64,000 bases of DNA. Source: a virus. The notes under the pieces were generated by a model. The model saw nothing but the letters and a program-made list of their open reading frames with translations. It searched no databases and was not told the DNA's origin. Both the position numbers and the translations under genes were made by a program. Positions 1-7,718 of the stretch are shown piece by piece (positions within the stretch are counted from its first letter, which is position 1; each line of letters begins with the position of its first letter). The stretch covers positions 1 through 64,000 of IMG/VR virus record IMGVR_UViG_3300035156_000138; one strand, 5' to 3'.

Positions 1-1679
1 GATGTCTGTATCGTGTGGAGGTCTTAGAACGACCTGCATCCGGTAATCTTTTTATTGATGAGAATGGTGCATTCAGTCTGACTGGTGCGCCAGATGGCAC
101 CTACACAGGTAATCTCATCAACTACAAGAACAATGTATCGGAACAGGGTAGTTACAGCATGACCATCGGTGCAGCTGCCGCAACCGTAACTGGTGTGGTT
201 GTGAGTCCAGCTACGCCTACGGTACCTGGTACTGGCACCCAGCAATTTACTGCTGTGGTCAACGGTACTAACAACCCATCTCAGTCCGTAACTTGGACCA
301 AATCGGGTGCTGGTACCTTGTCGTCGACTGGTTTGTACACTGCACCATCTGCCATCTCTACTGTGCAGACAGTGACGATTACGGCCACCAGTAGCCTTGA
401 TAACACGAAGGTTGGATTTACCACGCTGTCTATTCCTGCTTTGGTGGTGAGCACAGTCACGGGAGTGACAGTCACCCCAACTACTGCTACGGTTCCTGGT
501 TTGGGTACTCAGCAATTTACCGCGGTAGTTGCTGGTACCAATGGCCCATCACAAGCAGTAGTATGGAGCAACACAGGCACGGGAACTATTTCTTCTTCTG
601 GCTTGTACACTGCGCCTGCAAGCACCAACGTCGAACAAACAGTGACAGTTACTGCTACCAGTGTAGCCAACGGCACTAAATTTGCTGTGGCTATTCTGTC
701 GATCCCAGCAATCGTACCTGTTGTCGTCACTAGCGTGGATATTTCACCATTGATGCCAGCCATACAGGGGCTGGGTACGCAGCAATTTACTGCGACTGTG
801 AATGGTACCAATTCACCTTCGCAAAGCGTTGTGTGGTCTCTGGTGGGTCCAGGTTCACTGTCTACATCTGGTTTGTACACGGCTCCTGTAGGAACCTTGT
901 CGCTACAAACCGCATCTGTAACGGCAACCAGTGTGTTGAACAACACAAAGTTGGCCACCACAGTTGTCAGTGTGTTGCCATTGATTACCGTGACTGGTGT
1001 AACAATTACGCCTGCTGTGTCTCAAACATTGTCCGGTAAAACTAGGCAGCTGACTGCAGTGGTTGAAGGTGAAAATAACCCACCACAGACCGTTACTTGG
1101 GCTATTTCCACTACTGGTGAATACGCTGACGGTGAAGTAATCACTAATGCGAGTATCAGTTCTACTGGTTTGTTCACTGCACCAGAACATACTGATGAAG
1201 AGCTCATCTATTATGTGTTTGCTGTTAGTACGGTAGATGCAACGCCGTCTAAACGTGGCCAAGGAACAATTATTGTCCCAAAGTCGGCCAATATTGTAGT
1301 AGCTCCAAGTCGTATTCTTCGTACAGTGGCAGGCAATTTGCTGCAACGTGATCCTTCTTTGCTGACTAAAGATGCATTTTATCTTCGTGGCCGTAAGTGG
1401 ATGATCAACAAAGACCCAGATGATGTGCTTCACTACGCTATTGACATGCAGTTGGATATGCAAGCCGCGTCAACAACTATCAAGAATGTGGAAGCAATTC
1501 CTGTGGGTGTTACTGTGGGTGATAACAACTATGTACGCATCCAAGGTTCTCTTTTGATCATCAAAGTTCTTGGTGGTGTGTATAGTGATGAAGTGTACAA
1601 CTCAGTTACTTTGAGAATCACATGCAGTAATAATGAAGTTCTTGACCGAACTATTTATTTCGTACTGAAAGAGTCCTAA
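1..1679 (+). CDS. Tail fibre/appendage-like structural protein with four tandem Big_2 (bacterial Ig-like) domains; 5' end probably cut by the window edge
   Basis: ORF track 15..1679 starts at GTG, but the frame stays open back to nt 3. It has four ~86-aa repeats with the pattern VTGV.V.P...V.G.GTQQFTA.V.GTN.PSQ.V.W...G..S.TGLYTAP. It sits directly upstream of the lysis cassette. Confidence 0.75.
   Translation, partial: CLYRVEVLERPASGNLFIDENGAFSLTGAPDGTYTGNLINYKNNVSEQGSYSMTIGAAAATVTGVVVSPATPTVPGTGTQQFTAVVNGTNNPSQSVTWTKSGAGTLSSTGLYTAPSAISTVQTVTITATSSLDNTKVGFTTLSIPALVVSTVTGVTVTPTTATVPGLGTQQFTAVVAGTNGPSQAVVWSNTGTGTISSSGLYTAPASTNVEQTVTVTATSVANGTKFAVAILSIPAIVPVVVTSVDISPLMPAIQGLGTQQFTATVNGTNSPSQSVVWSLVGPGSLSTSGLYTAPVGTLSLQTASVTATSVLNNTKLATTVVSVLPLITVTGVTITPAVSQTLSGKTRQLTAVVEGENNPPQTVTWAISTTGEYADGEVITNASISSTGLFTAPEHTDEELIYYVFAVSTVDATPSKRGQGTIIVPKSANIVVAPSRILRTVAGNLLQRDPSLLTKDAFYLRGRKWMINKDPDDVLHYAIDMQLDMQAASTTIKNVEAIPVGVTVGDNNYVRIQGSLLIIKVLGGVYSDEVYNSVTLRITCSNNEVLDRTIYFVLKES
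183..1275 (+). repeat. Four tandem ~260-280 bp coding repeats (Big_2 domain array)
   Basis: Recurrent DNA blocks ...cagcaatttac.gc...ggtac.aa...ggtttgtacac.gc.cc... are seen four times. The repeats are diverged, not identical. Confidence 0.8.
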
Positions 1680-1698
1680 CCCACCGACTCTAACTATG

Positions 1699-1732
1699 AC
1701 TCAACCCATACTCACCTGGGTTGAGTGTCTTT
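1699..1732 (+). terminator. Probable intrinsic terminator after the tail protein gene
   Basis: 9-bp stem ACTCAACCC / GGGTTGAGT (1699-1707 / 1718-1726) followed by GTCTTT. The U-tract is short. Confidence 0.5.
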
Positions 1733-1852
1733 AGCAACAGATAGAGTTCCCAAGAGCGTCATTGAACGCCCTATCTTTGCTTAATTTCAAACTATCTTCA
1801 CAGAAAGCAAAAATTCTGTGACGTAATTCATACTTAGAGGAAATAATTCTTC

Positions 1853-2161
1853 ATGAACAGGTTAAAATACGAACACACAACAATCAACGATAAAGTGAAA
1901 CCCATGGGCCAAGAATTCAACGAAACGACAGTCAACGTGGTAGCTAGTCAAGGGGCCAAGATTGGCTTTGTTTGGGCAGCTATCGGTATCAGCTCCTGGA
2001 CCGATGCTGCTGCTTTCCTGGCTTTTGTGCTTTCATTCCTGGCACTGAGCGAGTATCTGTGGAAGAAGATCCTTCGACCGATGCTGGCCAACCTTGGTGT
2101 CTGCAAACCAGCCCGCAAGCGAGTCAAGATGGTCGCTGTTGAAGAAGAGGAAGAATCTTAA
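1853..2161 (+). CDS. Holin (putative, two TM segments, acidic C-terminus)
   Basis: 102 aa with hydrophobic stretches GAKIGFVWAAIGISSW and AAAFLAFVLSFLALSEYLW, and the tail KRVKMVAVEEEEES. GAGGA lies upstream. The stop overlaps the endolysin start (TAATG). Confidence 0.7.
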   Translation: MNRLKYEHTTINDKVKPMGQEFNETTVNVVASQGAKIGFVWAAIGISSWTDAAAFLAFVLSFLALSEYLWKKILRPMLANLGVCKPARKRVKMVAVEEEEES

Positions 2162-2679
2162 TGAGCAAACCACGCATGGCAGTCGCCGGCTTGATGCTTA
2201 GTGCCATGGCCTTCATTGGCCTGGTAGCAAGCGAAGGCTTTGAGGAGACTGCCAGTATCCCTACCAAAAATGATCGTCCTACGGTGGGTTTTGGCTCTAC
2301 CTACTGGGAAGATGGTTCTGCAGTGAAGAATGGCCAGAAGGTCACTCCAGTGCGTGCACTGCGGGTGGCTCAAGCTCATATCACCAAGGAAGAAATTATC
2401 TTCCGTAACTCAATGCCTGGTGTGCAGCTCAGCCAGGTCGAATACGACATCTACATGGACTGGGTGTACCAGTACGGTACTGGTGCATGGTCAGGTTCCT
2501 CCATGCGTTCTAAGCTCATGAAGACTGACTATGCAGGTGCTTGTGGGGCACTGTTGGGATATAAGTTCTCTGGTGGCTACGATTGCAGCACGCTGATCAA
2601 TGGGAAACCTAATCAGCGTTGCTGGGGTGTCTGGACCCGTCAGAAAGAACGCTACGCTACCTGTATGGGGGCGCAATGA
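2161..2679 (+). CDS. Endolysin, lysozyme-like (GH24-type) with N-terminal signal-anchor-release (SAR)-like segment
   Basis: N-terminus MAVAGLMLSAMAFIGLVASEG is weakly hydrophobic and Gly/Ala-rich. It is followed by E..(8)..D..T.GFG, a lysozyme-like catalytic region. The gene lies between the holin and the spanins. Confidence 0.7.
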   Translation: MSKPRMAVAGLMLSAMAFIGLVASEGFEETASIPTKNDRPTVGFGSTYWEDGSAVKNGQKVTPVRALRVAQAHITKEEIIFRNSMPGVQLSQVEYDIYMDWVYQYGTGAWSGSSMRSKLMKTDYAGACGALLGYKFSGGYDCSTLINGKPNQRCWGVWTRQKERYATCMGAQ

Positions 2680-3044
2680 ATCCTTGGGCAGCGTTAGCTG
2701 CTCTTGTTTTATGGGTGGCTTCGATAGGCGGCTCGTACTGGTACGGTACTAGTGTAGGTAAAGCCAGTGAGATAGCCAGAGTGGCTGAAATCAAGCAGGC
2801 TATCGAAGATACTCGTGAAGCTGCAAAACAGGGAGCAGCAAGTGAAATTGCAAAAATCAAAGTACGAAATACGACCGTACAAGGCAAGGTGGAAACCATC
2901 ATTCGAGACAATCCTGTGTATCGGGATTGCAGGCATTCTGATGATGCTATGCGGTTGCTCAACGAATCCCTTACAGGAAAACAAAGTGGGGCCGGACGCG
3001 ACAGTAGTGATAGCGTGCCCCGAGCTGTCTCCCCTCTCCGATAA
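2676..3044 (+). CDS. i-spanin (Rz-like)
   Basis: The ATG overlaps the endolysin stop (ATGA). N-terminal TM MNPWAALAALVLWVASIGGSYWY is followed by a charged coiled-coil-like region. The ORF-track start at 2619 was rejected in favour of 2676. Confidence 0.7.
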   Translation: MNPWAALAALVLWVASIGGSYWYGTSVGKASEIARVAEIKQAIEDTREAAKQGAASEIAKIKVRNTTVQGKVETIIRDNPVYRDCRHSDDAMRLLNESLTGKQSGAGRDSSDSVPRAVSPLR

Positions 3045-3147
3045 TTCGTTTGGGGCTACAACAGCTAAGCTTACCGAAGTTGGCAACATATATCGGGAAT
3101 GTCGTACTGCTGCTTTAGCAGGAAAATTAAATAAGGAAACTAGGTAA
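2815..3147 (+). CDS. o-spanin (Rz1-like lipoprotein), overlapped architecture
   Basis: +1-frame ORF starting inside the i-spanin gene and extending past it. Lipobox-like LMMLCGC|S. The only canonical in-frame start with a usable signal is the ATG at 2815, giving an unusually long pre-lipobox segment. Confidence 0.55.
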   Translation: MKLQNREQQVKLQKSKYEIRPYKARWKPSFETILCIGIAGILMMLCGCSTNPLQENKVGPDATVVIACPELSPLSDNSFGATTAKLTEVGNIYRECRTAALAGKLNKETR

Positions 3148-3872
3148 TGGCTAAGAAATCAATTGAATTACCGGATGGTAGCTGGTCAGACGTAGTTGTT
3201 CTGGTGGATACCACTGGTGCACCACTATCCGGCCTGGGTGGCGGAGGTGGTGGGGGCGGATCTACTGATATCACTACACTGACTAAAGCCGCACAACTTC
3301 CAGCTACGATCGGACAGAAGAATGCAGCGAGCTCACTCTCTGTTGTACTGAGTTCGGATGGTCCGTTTGCTTCTAACTTTGGTGTACAAGCAGATACAGC
3401 AGCAGCAACTGATACCGGTAATGCCAGCTATATCTCGCTGTTCAAACGCATGTTGCAGCGTCTGACTACCCTACTCCCACAGACTTCGGTTGGTGGTTTA
3501 GGTGCTCTGGCTGTTTCTGTACTGTCTCAGCAAGCTGGTGAACGTAACATCGGTAGCAGCGGTAACAGCTACATGGTTCAACGTCATGAATCCAATGGAA
3601 CTATTGCTACTGGTGTGACCTCTGCAATTGCCATTAGTGCAGGTCAACCGGCTCACCTTTTTAGTGCTATGCCAGTAAATGCAGCACTTACTGGTACTTG
3701 CACGATCACTGGTTTAACTGATCAAGCAGGTACGGCTGTATCGATGGTTTTGCCTATTGGTACTGCTGCATTTAGCCCAATTGGCTTTGGTGCTGTACGA
3801 TGTGAAACCAGTATTACAGTAACGTTATCAGTTGCTACTGACAAGGTTCTGATCAACTGGAGGCCAATCTAA
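3147..3872 (+). CDS. Hypothetical structural-module protein with Gly8 tract
   Basis: 241 aa with AAGGA SD. Start overlaps the previous stop. Contains GLGGGGGGGGS. No recognisable catalytic motif. Confidence 0.6.
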   Translation: MAKKSIELPDGSWSDVVVLVDTTGAPLSGLGGGGGGGGSTDITTLTKAAQLPATIGQKNAASSLSVVLSSDGPFASNFGVQADTAAATDTGNASYISLFKRMLQRLTTLLPQTSVGGLGALAVSVLSQQAGERNIGSSGNSYMVQRHESNGTIATGVTSAIAISAGQPAHLFSAMPVNAALTGTCTITGLTDQAGTAVSMVLPIGTAAFSPIGFGAVRCETSITVTLSVATDKVLINWRPI

Positions 3873-5206
3873 TGGTTGATCGTGCTACTCCTACTCAGCG
3901 TTTCAAAGTACGAGAAGAAAAAGCGATGGTTCGCTTTGACACTGCCAACGGTGGAAGCTGGAATTATCTTGTCGGCGTACCTGGCGGTTCGGCCGTAGCC
4001 ACGCTTGTACCTCTCTCTGAAATGTCACACGATGGCCGTCAAGTCGTCCGTATTGATCTGACTGATGACTGCACTAGTGCGTATGTTGGTGTCACTACCG
4101 GCAAGACATTTGCGCTACCTGGTGACTGGAGCGGTGAGTTCTGTGCTGCTATCAATATCGCCAGTGGACAAGGCAGTCTAACCAATGTCAATATGTATTT
4201 GAATGACGTTGCATTCACCAATCGGTATGAGAAACTGATGCCTATGACGGTGTGGAAGCATCATGGCTGGCGTACTGTTCGTTGGCGTATGTTTAACTCT
4301 GCAACCAACGGTGGCGCTCAAACTGGTGGTGATGGTCGTGGTACTACCGGCGCACCTACACCTTCTACAATGAACTGTGCTCGTTTGCGGTTTCTTAAAA
4401 CTGCAGGTGTCGGTACGGCTTGCTCTATCTATGTGGCTTTCATGGGTGTACCTGCTCGTGCTCGTCCACAGATCATGTTGACCTTTGATGGTGCCACGAT
4501 CGGGCAATACACGAACTTATTCCCAGTACTCCAAGCCAAGAAGGTAACAGCAAGCTTTGCTGGTCAATCTGACTTGAATGCCGGTACAGCTGGTACTCAC
4601 ATGACTGCTGCGAATATCTTGGAGATGCAGTCAAGTGGGCTGGCTGAATTCTACGTGTACTCAAAAACTGCTGGTGCGGCCAAGGGTCAAGTAGGTAGCG
4701 TAGCTGTTTCGGATGTCGGTTTGGCTACGTACCTGGCCAACTATGATCTCGCAACAGAGTATTTCAAATCTATTGGGGTACGAAATCCTACGTTGTTCCA
4801 TCCTTACCCGCTCGGTGACTACACCGATGCATTGATGGATGGTTTGATAGCTCGTGGGACCAAACTTGCACGTCGAGCAGATTCTGCTGGTTATCGAACC
4901 AATGAATCTGCAAATGTGTTCAATGGCAAGCAGATGTTGTCAATGGACTCTACTGCATCTATCATCAATACGGATACAGTAGCTTCACGACTGGCTTACA
5001 TTGATGAAGCCATCATGAATGGGGAGAATGCAATTACGTTATGCCACCAAGTCAATCCTACTGGGGATTATGTTTCACCTGGTTGGGCAAAGGATCGGTG
5101 GGAACAATTTATTGATGCTTTGCTTCTGCGTCAAAAACAGGGGTTGTGTGACATTGTTGGTGCCGAGGTGTTCATCAACCGTTTAACCAATCCACGTTTT
5201 TCATAA
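3872..5206 (+). CDS. Hypothetical protein; C-terminal half weakly resembles a NodB/polysaccharide-deacetylase-type domain
   Basis: 444 aa. The segment IMLTFDGATIGQYTNLFPVLQAKKVTASF resembles the NodB motif-1 region (TFDDG), but the second Asp is missing. Confidence 0.55.
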   Translation: MVDRATPTQRFKVREEKAMVRFDTANGGSWNYLVGVPGGSAVATLVPLSEMSHDGRQVVRIDLTDDCTSAYVGVTTGKTFALPGDWSGEFCAAINIASGQGSLTNVNMYLNDVAFTNRYEKLMPMTVWKHHGWRTVRWRMFNSATNGGAQTGGDGRGTTGAPTPSTMNCARLRFLKTAGVGTACSIYVAFMGVPARARPQIMLTFDGATIGQYTNLFPVLQAKKVTASFAGQSDLNAGTAGTHMTAANILEMQSSGLAEFYVYSKTAGAAKGQVGSVAVSDVGLATYLANYDLATEYFKSIGVRNPTLFHPYPLGDYTDALMDGLIARGTKLARRADSAGYRTNESANVFNGKQMLSMDSTASIINTDTVASRLAYIDEAIMNGENAITLCHQVNPTGDYVSPGWAKDRWEQFIDALLLRQKQGLCDIVGAEVFINRLTNPRFS

Positions 5207-5414
5207 ATAAGGCGCTTACTTTATGATTTCTACCATGGCTCAGTTGTTAATTTTACTAAGTAAGCGCTCCACAGATAAAACGAGCATCACGCTACCCCCA
5301 TCTAACTACCGACCATTCTGTTCGGAGTGTAATGATGAAGGGCGTGATGCCCGATTACCCTGCGAAGGGCACTGATTTCGTAACATCGAAAGGAAGGTGA
5401 TCCCATCTACAGCG
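5207..5414 (+). other. Highly structured non-coding 3' region of the tail/lysis operon (candidate ncRNA/3'UTR)
   Basis: Nested inverted repeats: GCGCTTACTT (5212-5221)/AAGTAAGCGC (5258-5267); GCATCACGC (5284-5292)/GCGTGATGC (5342-5350); CCCT-GCGA-AGGG (5358-5369); TTTCG/CGAAA (5376-5391). No SD-preceded ORF. Confidence 0.3.
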
Positions 5415-5447
5415 AAGCCCCCGATACACTGGGGGCTTTTCTGTTTT
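5415..5447 (+). terminator. Rho-independent terminator of the + strand tail/lysis operon
   Basis: AAGCCCCC (5415-5422), loop GATACACT, GGGGGCTT (5431-5438), then TTCTGTTTT. Confidence 0.8.
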
Positions 5448-7710
5448 AGGGCTTATCGTTTTGCTTCAAGATCTTGGCTACCTGATCTTCAGATACGCCC
5501 AATACTTCCCAGCTCTTCTTGGCGTGCTTCTTGATAGCTAAAATACTGCCGCGAATATTAGGTGAATCCAAGCCAATGGCCAGGAGCTTAGCGATACGCT
5601 GCTTAGGTGACCCACCTTCATCTGACTGAATTGGAGCATCAATATCCATGGCATTGATTTTTTCTGCTCTGGTTTCAATCTTTGGTGCTTTCACCTTCGG
5701 CATTGCTGGTGTCTTCCTTGGTACTGGAAGACCTTTATCAAGCTTGGCCGACACATTAGCATGTGCAGGCTTCTGCTTAATTTCCTTGGCTTCATCGAAC
5801 AGCTTTGGTGTGGTGTTCGGCTTCGGTGCCAGAGCAGCCTTAACGTTCACTTTTACCTTTGCCGTAGGATCGGGAATCCCCAGCACATCCCAACTTTTTT
5901 TCGATGCTTTTTTGAACGACAGCAGACGCTCAAAAGCGACTGCTTTGCCTCCACCGACAGTTGCTTTTTGCCAGGCTTTGTACAACTCCTGGGCTTGTTG
6001 ACCACGAGTCAACCGCACCTCTTCAGTGACCTTGGCCACAGTATTCACCACATCCAATGGATCGGTTGGGGCATCAGACTGTGGACCATCTGGATTAGAC
6101 AATGCTACCGCCTTATCCAGAGCTGGTTTGATATCATTCAATCGTAATTGATCAGCATATCTTTCCAATTCGTCTTCATCAAAAATCTCAGTTGCTTCAG
6201 CAGCTGCGGAAATAACTGATGCTGAAATATCGGCCATGGTGACTTTGCGTTCAGGGATCGCCGTGGTCTTCACACCGTTACCCATGCTGCCCGTGATACG
6301 GACTTCATGGGTACGACGAACGTGATTGCCGGCCATCATCTGAGCAAGCAACTTCTGGCCGTCTTCGGTGTTGGTGATTGGTAGGTTCTCACGCAGACGC
6401 TTGTACTGAGCTTCGGAGAGCTCAGCGATGATGTGATAGCCGCACACACGCATCTTGTTAGCATCGTAGGTCGGAATAGTGATGACGTCTTCCGAATCTA
6501 ACTTGGCCAACACACATACATCACCACTGAAGCCACGGAGGTAACCACGACGCGCAACGTGGAGCCCATTACTGCACTCATTGTTGCGGTTGTGGTCGAC
6601 CAGCGAAGGATCCATGCACACGTAAGCCCCTACGAACTGTTCCACCTTGCGGGTATGACAATCGACGTACTTATCACCTGATTTACGCAGTATCTTATAG
6701 ATCAAGATACTACCGTCATCAGCGATCGGTAAGTCAGCCCGCTCAAGAAACTTGAGCAGATCGTCAACCGAATGTGACCGCTTTTCGATGGTGGCCGCCA
6801 AGCGCTTCAGGAATGCTTCAACGCCAGCAGTACTACCCAGCTTTGCTGCACGACTGAATTGCGTCTTGATACGTTCCATACCTGGAATGATCTTGCCGTC
6901 TACCACTGCAATGATGGTGTCAGGCTGGCTGTTGTCACCATGATCCTTGTTGGTGACACTGTTTTCTTCCACCACGTTACCTTGCTTGGCCACTGTATCT
7001 TCATGGAAGTCAGGTGAGCTCACAGGAACAGCGTGCTTGAGGATTTCATCAATCACGCTCATGGTTTGAATGACAGCCGGCTCGGAAGGCTCATGCTGGA
7101 TAACTTCATCCACAGGACCATCCCATACTGCATCCATATCTGCAACACTTACAGGCGATGCAGTAGGTACAGGATCAGCTACGACCACCAGGTCTTGCTG
7201 CAGACCGGTGGTTGATGGTGAGATCACCGATAATACTTCACGGGGAACCATCAATGTATCACTGACCATATCAGCATCCTTTTGCATCATGTCGAGCTGC
7301 TCAGATGACATGATGGCAGGAGCTGGGGTCGCCGGCTGGACATCGGGAAGTGCCGTCGGCGTAGCCGACACAGGTACGGGACCGATGGACAACGGCGGCA
7401 CCGGCGACGTGTCAACAACTGGTGGAAGCTCATTGACAAACAACTGCTTCAGCTTTGATTTGGCGATGCGAAAGAATCGTACAGCACCGCTGCCCTCCTT
7501 TTCAAAGTCTGCATAGGAAGGGTCTTCATGCTGAGTGATGTTGACGTCAGCCCATCCCTGGCGAACCAGTTGAGGTGCCGCTTCTTCAACGATCTTGCGC
7601 AGGCGTGGGTCACCTTGAGGGATGATGATGGCTTCACCATCTTCTTTGTACAACGTCAGGTTGCGCGTATCCACCACCGCGGCGAGGACGCGGATTATTT
7701 TTTGTTTCAT
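5446..7710 (-). CDS. rIIB-like protein (assignment by position downstream of rIIA-like gene)
   Basis: 754 aa with AGGAAA SD, immediately downstream of the GHKL-ATPase rIIA-like gene, as in N4-like phages. I cannot verify any motif. Confidence 0.5.
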   Translation of the reverse strand: MKQKIIRVLAAVVDTRNLTLYKEDGEAIIIPQGDPRLRKIVEEAAPQLVRQGWADVNITQHEDPSYADFEKEGSGAVRFFRIAKSKLKQLFVNELPPVVDTSPVPPLSIGPVPVSATPTALPDVQPATPAPAIMSSEQLDMMQKDADMVSDTLMVPREVLSVISPSTTGLQQDLVVVADPVPTASPVSVADMDAVWDGPVDEVIQHEPSEPAVIQTMSVIDEILKHAVPVSSPDFHEDTVAKQGNVVEENSVTNKDHGDNSQPDTIIAVVDGKIIPGMERIKTQFSRAAKLGSTAGVEAFLKRLAATIEKRSHSVDDLLKFLERADLPIADDGSILIYKILRKSGDKYVDCHTRKVEQFVGAYVCMDPSLVDHNRNNECSNGLHVARRGYLRGFSGDVCVLAKLDSEDVITIPTYDANKMRVCGYHIIAELSEAQYKRLRENLPITNTEDGQKLLAQMMAGNHVRRTHEVRITGSMGNGVKTTAIPERKVTMADISASVISAAAEATEIFDEDELERYADQLRLNDIKPALDKAVALSNPDGPQSDAPTDPLDVVNTVAKVTEEVRLTRGQQAQELYKAWQKATVGGGKAVAFERLLSFKKASKKSWDVLGIPDPTAKVKVNVKAALAPKPNTTPKLFDEAKEIKQKPAHANVSAKLDKGLPVPRKTPAMPKVKAPKIETRAEKINAMDIDAPIQSDEGGSPKQRIAKLLAIGLDSPNIRGSILAIKKHAKKSWEVLGVSEDQVAKILKQNDKP

Positions 7711-7718
7711 GGGATTTC

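Noticed and set aside
24-1463. Several antisense or alternative-frame ORFs (24..515, 281..475, 509..961, 903..1463, 833..1039) inside the Big_2 tail gene
   Set aside because: They overlap a repeat-domain gene with clear protein-level periodicity. Their translations are low-complexity or Cys/Arg-rich, as expected from reverse frames, and they have no SD.
5223-5375. 50-aa ORF MISTMAQLLILLSKRSTDK... in the structured 3' region
   Set aside because: It has no SD, and the start lies inside a 10-bp stem. The region is better explained as structured non-coding RNA. Not excluded.
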